This document shows positions 55,633 to 59,310 of a stretch of 59,310 nucleotides of DNA, piece by piece. The notes under the pieces are model-generated. The model was not told where the DNA came from, ran no database searches, and saw only the letters and a list, made by a program, of their open reading frames with translations. Each line of letters starts with the position of its first letter. Position 1 is the first letter of the stretch. The DNA lies in the IMG/VR virus record IMGVR_UViG_3300010366_000014, positions 1 through 59,310 of that record; one strand, given 5' to 3'. Made by a program: the position numbers and the translations under genes. The stretch is from a virus (Duplodnaviria; Caudoviricetes).

Positions 55633-56049
55633 CTATTCGTATCGGTGCCACCGCTGGTTCCAACGGCGGATCGTCACCTCGCCACGGAAACCGTCGCGTG
55701 TGAGGAAGTCGTCCCGCCAGCTCTGGGCGGCCTCGGCCGTGTCGGCATACGCGGTCTCCTCACGACCCACGCCATCCCAGGTGCCGGAGAAATGGATCTG
55801 GTATTCCCGCGTCCGGTCGTTCGCGATCCGCTCCGCCAGCCGCTGCTCGAAGACTTCGCGAGCGCGGGCCTTGGCCAGCTCAATCGTCGGACGAACACCG
55901 AGGTGCTCGTTGCCAGCGGCGCTCAGGCGGTAGACGCTGAAGCGACCGGCGGGGGTCTGCCGGATCTCGTAGTTGCCGCCGGTGCTGGGGGCGCTGCGGA
56001 TCGGGTAAGGCCGGCGATCACTCACCGGGAACCAGGGCATGTGTGCCAT
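55633..56049 (-). CDS. Hypothetical early protein
   Basis: AGGAGG RBS. Confidence 0.7.
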   Translation of the reverse strand: MAHMPWFPVSDRRPYPIRSAPSTGGNYEIRQTPAGRFSVYRLSAAGNEHLGVRPTIELAKARAREVFEQRLAERIANDRTREYQIHFSGTWDGVGREETAYADTAEAAQSWRDDFLTRDGFRGEVTIRRWNQRWHRYE

Positions 56050-56050
56050 C

Positions 56051-56287
56051 TCAGTCCTCCTTGGCCAGCTTCCAGACCGCGATGATCGCGGCCCGCAGCG
56101 TGCGCAGGTTCGCCGCTTCCATCTCGACGTGCGTCGTCCGATCGTCGTCATCGAGCCAGTCGAGCCGGTTGATGATCGCGTTCGTCGGGCTGAGCACGTC
56201 GCGCACGTCGCGCTTGAGCTTGGCCGTCTCCTGCTTGGCGGCGGCGATCTCGTTGCGAAACAGTTGGTTGGTGGTCGGGCGTGCCAT
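56051..56287 (-). CDS. Hypothetical early protein
   Basis: AAGGAG RBS. Confidence 0.7.
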   Translation of the reverse strand: MARPTTNQLFRNEIAAAKQETAKLKRDVRDVLSPTNAIINRLDWLDDDDRTTHVEMEAANLRTLRAAIIAVWKLAKED

Positions 56288-56289
56288 CG

Positions 56290-56733
56290 TTAGCGCTCCT
56301 TGTCGGGCGGATCCAGGCGGAGGATCCAGTCGAGATCGATCGGCTCCGGCTCGGGTGCCGGTGCCAGGAACAGCATCGTCGTCTTGAGGGCGTACGCGAG
56401 CCGCGCGCGCGCGAGCCGGACGTTGTACGTCTCGAGTGCGTCGGCCACGGGATGCGCGATGTGCAGGGCGATGCCGTCATCGCTCGAGATGCCCATCCCG
56501 TCGGCGACGCTCGCCCACATGCGGCCGCAGGCCTGCCACGCGAGCGCGTGGGCGCGGACCGCGTGCGGCCGGTAGTCCTGGGCGCTGTCGATCGCGGCGA
56601 TGCCGTCCTCCAAGTGGTAGGCGATCGCGCACAGCATCGGCTCGTGCGAGATCCCGCGTGGGCTGGGGACGAGGACGGTGTCGAGCACCCGGGAGGGTGA
56701 CCCCTCCCGGGTGTGGGTGATGTACGCGGTCAT
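56290..56733 (-). CDS. Hypothetical early protein
   Basis: ATGA overlap. Confidence 0.65.
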   Translation of the reverse strand: MTAYITHTREGSPSRVLDTVLVPSPRGISHEPMLCAIAYHLEDGIAAIDSAQDYRPHAVRAHALAWQACGRMWASVADGMGISSDDGIALHIAHPVADALETYNVRLARARLAYALKTTMLFLAPAPEPEPIDLDWILRLDPPDKER

Positions 56734-57038
56734 ACTCCCTGGTCCTTGTTGACGATCGACCGGTAGGCATCCACGAGCTGGCGCTCGGCCTCGTCCTGGC
56801 CGATCCGGTAGCCGTTCATCACGCCGGCCTCGAAGGCCTTGGCGATGATCGCGAGGAGCGCCGCGCGCTTCACGTTGCTGTACGTGTAGGCACGCGCCGC
56901 GTCGTCTGCGGACTCCATCAGTTGGTGGATGAGATCCGGCGCGATCGTCTCCGGCGTCTTACCCGCGAGCGCGCAGATCCGCTCATACTCCGCGTCTTGC
57001 GCGGACTCATCGTCGGCCGGGTTGTACGTCCGATCCAT
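56730..57038 (-). CDS. Hypothetical early protein
   Basis: AAGGAG RBS downstream of an internal promoter. Confidence 0.7.
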   Translation of the reverse strand: MDRTYNPADDESAQDAEYERICALAGKTPETIAPDLIHQLMESADDAARAYTYSNVKRAALLAIIAKAFEAGVMNGYRIGQDEAERQLVDAYRSIVNKDQGV

Positions 57039-57127
57039 GTGTTGCTCCTTGCGGTATCATGACCGCTGTACGGGGTGGTGGCTCCCCTCGTTCAATCGGC
57101 CAGGGGCACTCACCCCTGGCCAGTCCA

Positions 57128-57156
57128 ATTCTAGGCGGCGCGCCTAGCCGATGCAA
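57128..57156 (-). promoter_or_regulatory. Internal early promoter with TAGGCG-N3-CGCCTA operator
   Basis: Minus strand TTGCAT-17 nt-TAGAAT; palindrome CTAGGCG-GCG-CGCCTAG at 57131-57147. Confidence 0.8.
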
Positions 57157-57165
57157 GCGAATGAC

Positions 57166-57615
57166 CTATGCCTCCTTCCTGCTGTCGATCACCCAGGAGG
57201 TGACGACGTTCGGCATGCGCGCCCAGGTGCCGGCGCACTTCAGCGCCTCCTCGCGGGTGGCGTACGACGCTTCGATCGTCTGGCAGTCATCGGCGAACCA
57301 GTCGAAGCTGCGCAGCACCATCACCCGGTAGCGGCGCTTACGGTTGAGGGTGTGGATCCCGGGCAGGTAGGGGAGATCGAGCGCCACCTGGGCATCGATC
57401 TCCTTGCGCTGACGGATGGCCTCGAGCATGTCGGCCTCGCGCACGCGGCCGTGGAGCTGGCCGTCCTTGTGCAGGCGCTCGGCGGCGATCTCGTGGGCGA
57501 CGAGCTTGACCCCGTCACCCTTGTCGGCATCCCAGGCGGCCGCGATCGGATCCTTCGCGAGCGCTCCGAGCGCGCCGAAGGTGAACGGGAGCGGGCAATA
57601 ACCAAAGCGGGGCAT
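57166..57615 (-). CDS. Hypothetical early protein
   Basis: GAGGA RBS then MPRFGYCPLP... Confidence 0.7.
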   Translation of the reverse strand: MPRFGYCPLPFTFGALGALAKDPIAAAWDADKGDGVKLVAHEIAAERLHKDGQLHGRVREADMLEAIRQRKEIDAQVALDLPYLPGIHTLNRKRRYRVMVLRSFDWFADDCQTIEASYATREEALKCAGTWARMPNVVTSWVIDSRKEA

Positions 57616-57616
57616 G

Positions 57617-57841
57617 TCAGTCCTCTTTCGTAATGCGCTCGATCTCACGGCGGATCTCGAGCAACTCGGTAAGGAGACCGTCGGCCTCCTCGCGGAAGAT
57701 CTCGTCCACGTCGGGATCGAGATCGGCATAGGCGCGGGTCTCGGCGATGCCGTCCAGCTTGGCGCGGAGGCGATCGGCCTCCTCCTCGAGGACGGTGAGC
57801 CGGAGCGGGTGCTCGGGCATGGGAAACATTGGGTGCCTCAC
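57617..57841 (-). CDS. Hypothetical coiled-coil protein
   Basis: ORF track; operon continuity. Confidence 0.65.
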   Translation of the reverse strand: MRHPMFPMPEHPLRLTVLEEEADRLRAKLDGIAETRAYADLDPDVDEIFREEADGLLTELLEIRREIERITKED

Positions 57842-58083
57842 TTCCAGGCATCGATCGTGAAGGTGTAGCCCCAGTCGCGGAACACCTGATTGATGCCCAA
57901 CGGGTTGGTGGTGGTCCGGGTGTGCAGCGGCGGGCCGTCCTTGCCGATCTCCCAGACGGAGCAGACGAAGCCTCCTTCGGTCAGCTCCATCGTGAAGATC
58001 ACGCGCGGCACGGCGGCTGCGGTCAGGTTGGTGACGGTCCGGGCATTGAACCGGTACTGCTTGCGAATCTGCTCATCGTTCAC
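57838..58083 (-). CDS. Hypothetical early protein
   Basis: AAGGAGG RBS, GTG start. Confidence 0.7.
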   Translation of the reverse strand: MNDEQIRKQYRFNARTVTNLTAAAVPRVIFTMELTEGGFVCSVWEIGKDGPPLHTRTTTNPLGINQVFRDWGYTFTIDAWK

Positions 58084-58414
58084 GGGGAACCTCCTTGATG
58101 ACGTTCAGGCCGCGCACGGCGGCCGTGTCGCTCTCCCACAGGTAATGCCACGCATCGACAACGTGGCGCTCGGTCACGCCGACCTCGGTGCTGCTCTCGA
58201 GGCTTTCGAGGAGCCGGTGCGCGGCGGCGCTGCCGGCGTGGGCCTGGAGCCGGAGCCGGATGAGCGCGCGCTGGTAGGTCTCGATCGCCAGGAGCGCGGC
58301 GCAGTCGGTAAGGAGCGCCTGCTCGACGCTGTCCAGCGTGCGGCGCTCGAGGATGACGGCCACCGCGTGGTGGCCGTCGGGTCGGAACACCGGTGTCAGG
58401 GGCGCTGTGGTCAC
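58073..58414 (-). CDS. Hypothetical early protein
   Basis: GAGGAG RBS. Confidence 0.7.
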   Translation of the reverse strand: MTTAPLTPVFRPDGHHAVAVILERRTLDSVEQALLTDCAALLAIETYQRALIRLRLQAHAGSAAAHRLLESLESSTEVGVTERHVVDAWHYLWESDTAAVRGLNVIKEVPRER

Positions 58415-58428
58415 GGTAAGGACTCCTC

Positions 58429-58752
58429 TCAGCTCAGGATCCGGAGCAGGCGCTCGGTCGCTTCGAGCGTGCCGCGCGCGTACTCGCTCCGGTCCGGGTC
58501 GGGGTTGAACAGGCGCGCGAACCGCAGCGCCTCCTCCACGTCGTAGCGCATCTGGCTCACCCCGAGGGTGAGCGCGCGCTTGGCGTAGATCTCGTACGTG
58601 GCTTCCTTGGCCAGGAAGTACATCGGGTCGGGCAGGCGCTCATCGCGCGCCTGCTCGGCGATGCGGCGGTTCTGCTGCGCCTTGACGGTCTCGGTGACGA
58701 TCTCCCAGTACCGGCGGTAGTCGGCCTGGGCCAGCGGGGTGGGGGCGCTCAT
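58429..58752 (-). CDS. Hypothetical early protein
   Basis: GAGGAG RBS. Confidence 0.7.
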   Translation of the reverse strand: MSAPTPLAQADYRRYWEIVTETVKAQQNRRIAEQARDERLPDPMYFLAKEATYEIYAKRALTLGVSQMRYDVEEALRFARLFNPDPDRSEYARGTLEATERLLRILS

Positions 58753-58946
58753 TGGTTCAGCTCCTCGACGACAGCGGCGATCACGTCGCTCTGGGTGACG
58801 GTGTCATGCTTGTTGTCCCAGGCGATCACGCGGGCGTTGTCCGCGACGGCCTCGGTCTTGACGCTGGGCCAGCGCTCATCGCTGGCCGCGCGGATCAGGT
58901 GCTCGACGGCGTCGAGCGTGTAGGTGGTGGGCAGTGTGCTGATCAC
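58749..58946 (-). CDS. Hypothetical early protein
   Basis: AAGGAG RBS. Confidence 0.65.
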   Translation of the reverse strand: MISTLPTTYTLDAVEHLIRAASDERWPSVKTEAVADNARVIAWDNKHDTVTQSDVIAAVVEELNQ

Positions 58947-58958
58947 GGTGTGTGCTCC

Positions 58959-59273
58959 TTAGAAGTTGAGGTAACGGTAAACGAGGCGCTCGATCTCGCC
59001 GATCTGGCGGATCTGGTCGCGCAGGCCGGCGGCCCGACGGGAGGCGTAGTCGCGATCTCCCTCGAGCCGGTACTCGGTGGCCATGTAGTCGCGCAGGGCG
59101 AAGTCGTTGCCCTCGGGGACGGTCTCGAGCGTGGCGCGGTGCGCGTCCAGGCGCTCGTCTGCGGTCACCAGACCGGCCTCCCACTGGTGGAGGTCGGTCC
59201 GGAGGTTGGCGGCCATCTTGGCCAGCTCGGCGTCGAAGGCACGGCGGCGCTTGCGGTAATCGGCGACTCTCAC
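58959..59273 (-). CDS. Hypothetical coiled-coil early protein
   Basis: GAGGAGAGG RBS next to the terminal inverted-repeat arm. Confidence 0.7.
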   Translation of the reverse strand: MRVADYRKRRRAFDAELAKMAANLRTDLHQWEAGLVTADERLDAHRATLETVPEGNDFALRDYMATEYRLEGDRDYASRRAAGLRDQIRQIGEIERLVYRYLNF

Positions 59274-59290
59274 TTGGTCACTTCCTCTCC

Positions 59291-59310
59291 TCGGTTCACC
59301 GGTATCGCAC
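59291..59310. repeat. Right arm of 20-bp inverted repeat at window ends
   Basis: TCGGTTCACCGGTATCGCAC is the reverse complement of 1-20. Confidence 0.95.

Overview
The window looks like an essentially complete, circularly permuted ~59.3 kb high-GC tailed (siphovirus-type) phage genome. The host is probably Chloroflexota, inferred from the endolysin cell-binding repeat. Layout: (i) a long leftward early operon of small unknown genes running 4154->1 and continuing 59273->52298 across the window ends; (ii) packaging, head, tail and lysis genes at 5127-34899; (iii) a leftward accessory block at 34802-41761; (iv) a Rep/iteron/DnaA-box origin beside a CI/Cro-like switch, with no integrase recognised; (v) a rightward recombination/replication operon at 44358-52122. 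The most striking signal is three type III hammerhead ribozyme folds on the early transcript (4193-4252, 3081-3139, 2433-2505, minus strand). Each lies just upstream of an early gene. In two of them the Shine-Dalgarno is paired in stem III and would be freed by self-cleavage, suggesting a natural ribozyme-gated or ribozyme-processed operon. Other points: a CTCG/CGAG-depleted leader encoding an HhH glycosylase-like first gene, two operator families, a candidate sRNA, a family of long hairpins (one split by the window ends), two replication origins (possible phage-plasmid), a poly-G frameshift in the terminase Walker A motif, and two orphan Phd-like antitoxins. All calls were made by eye; no searches were run.
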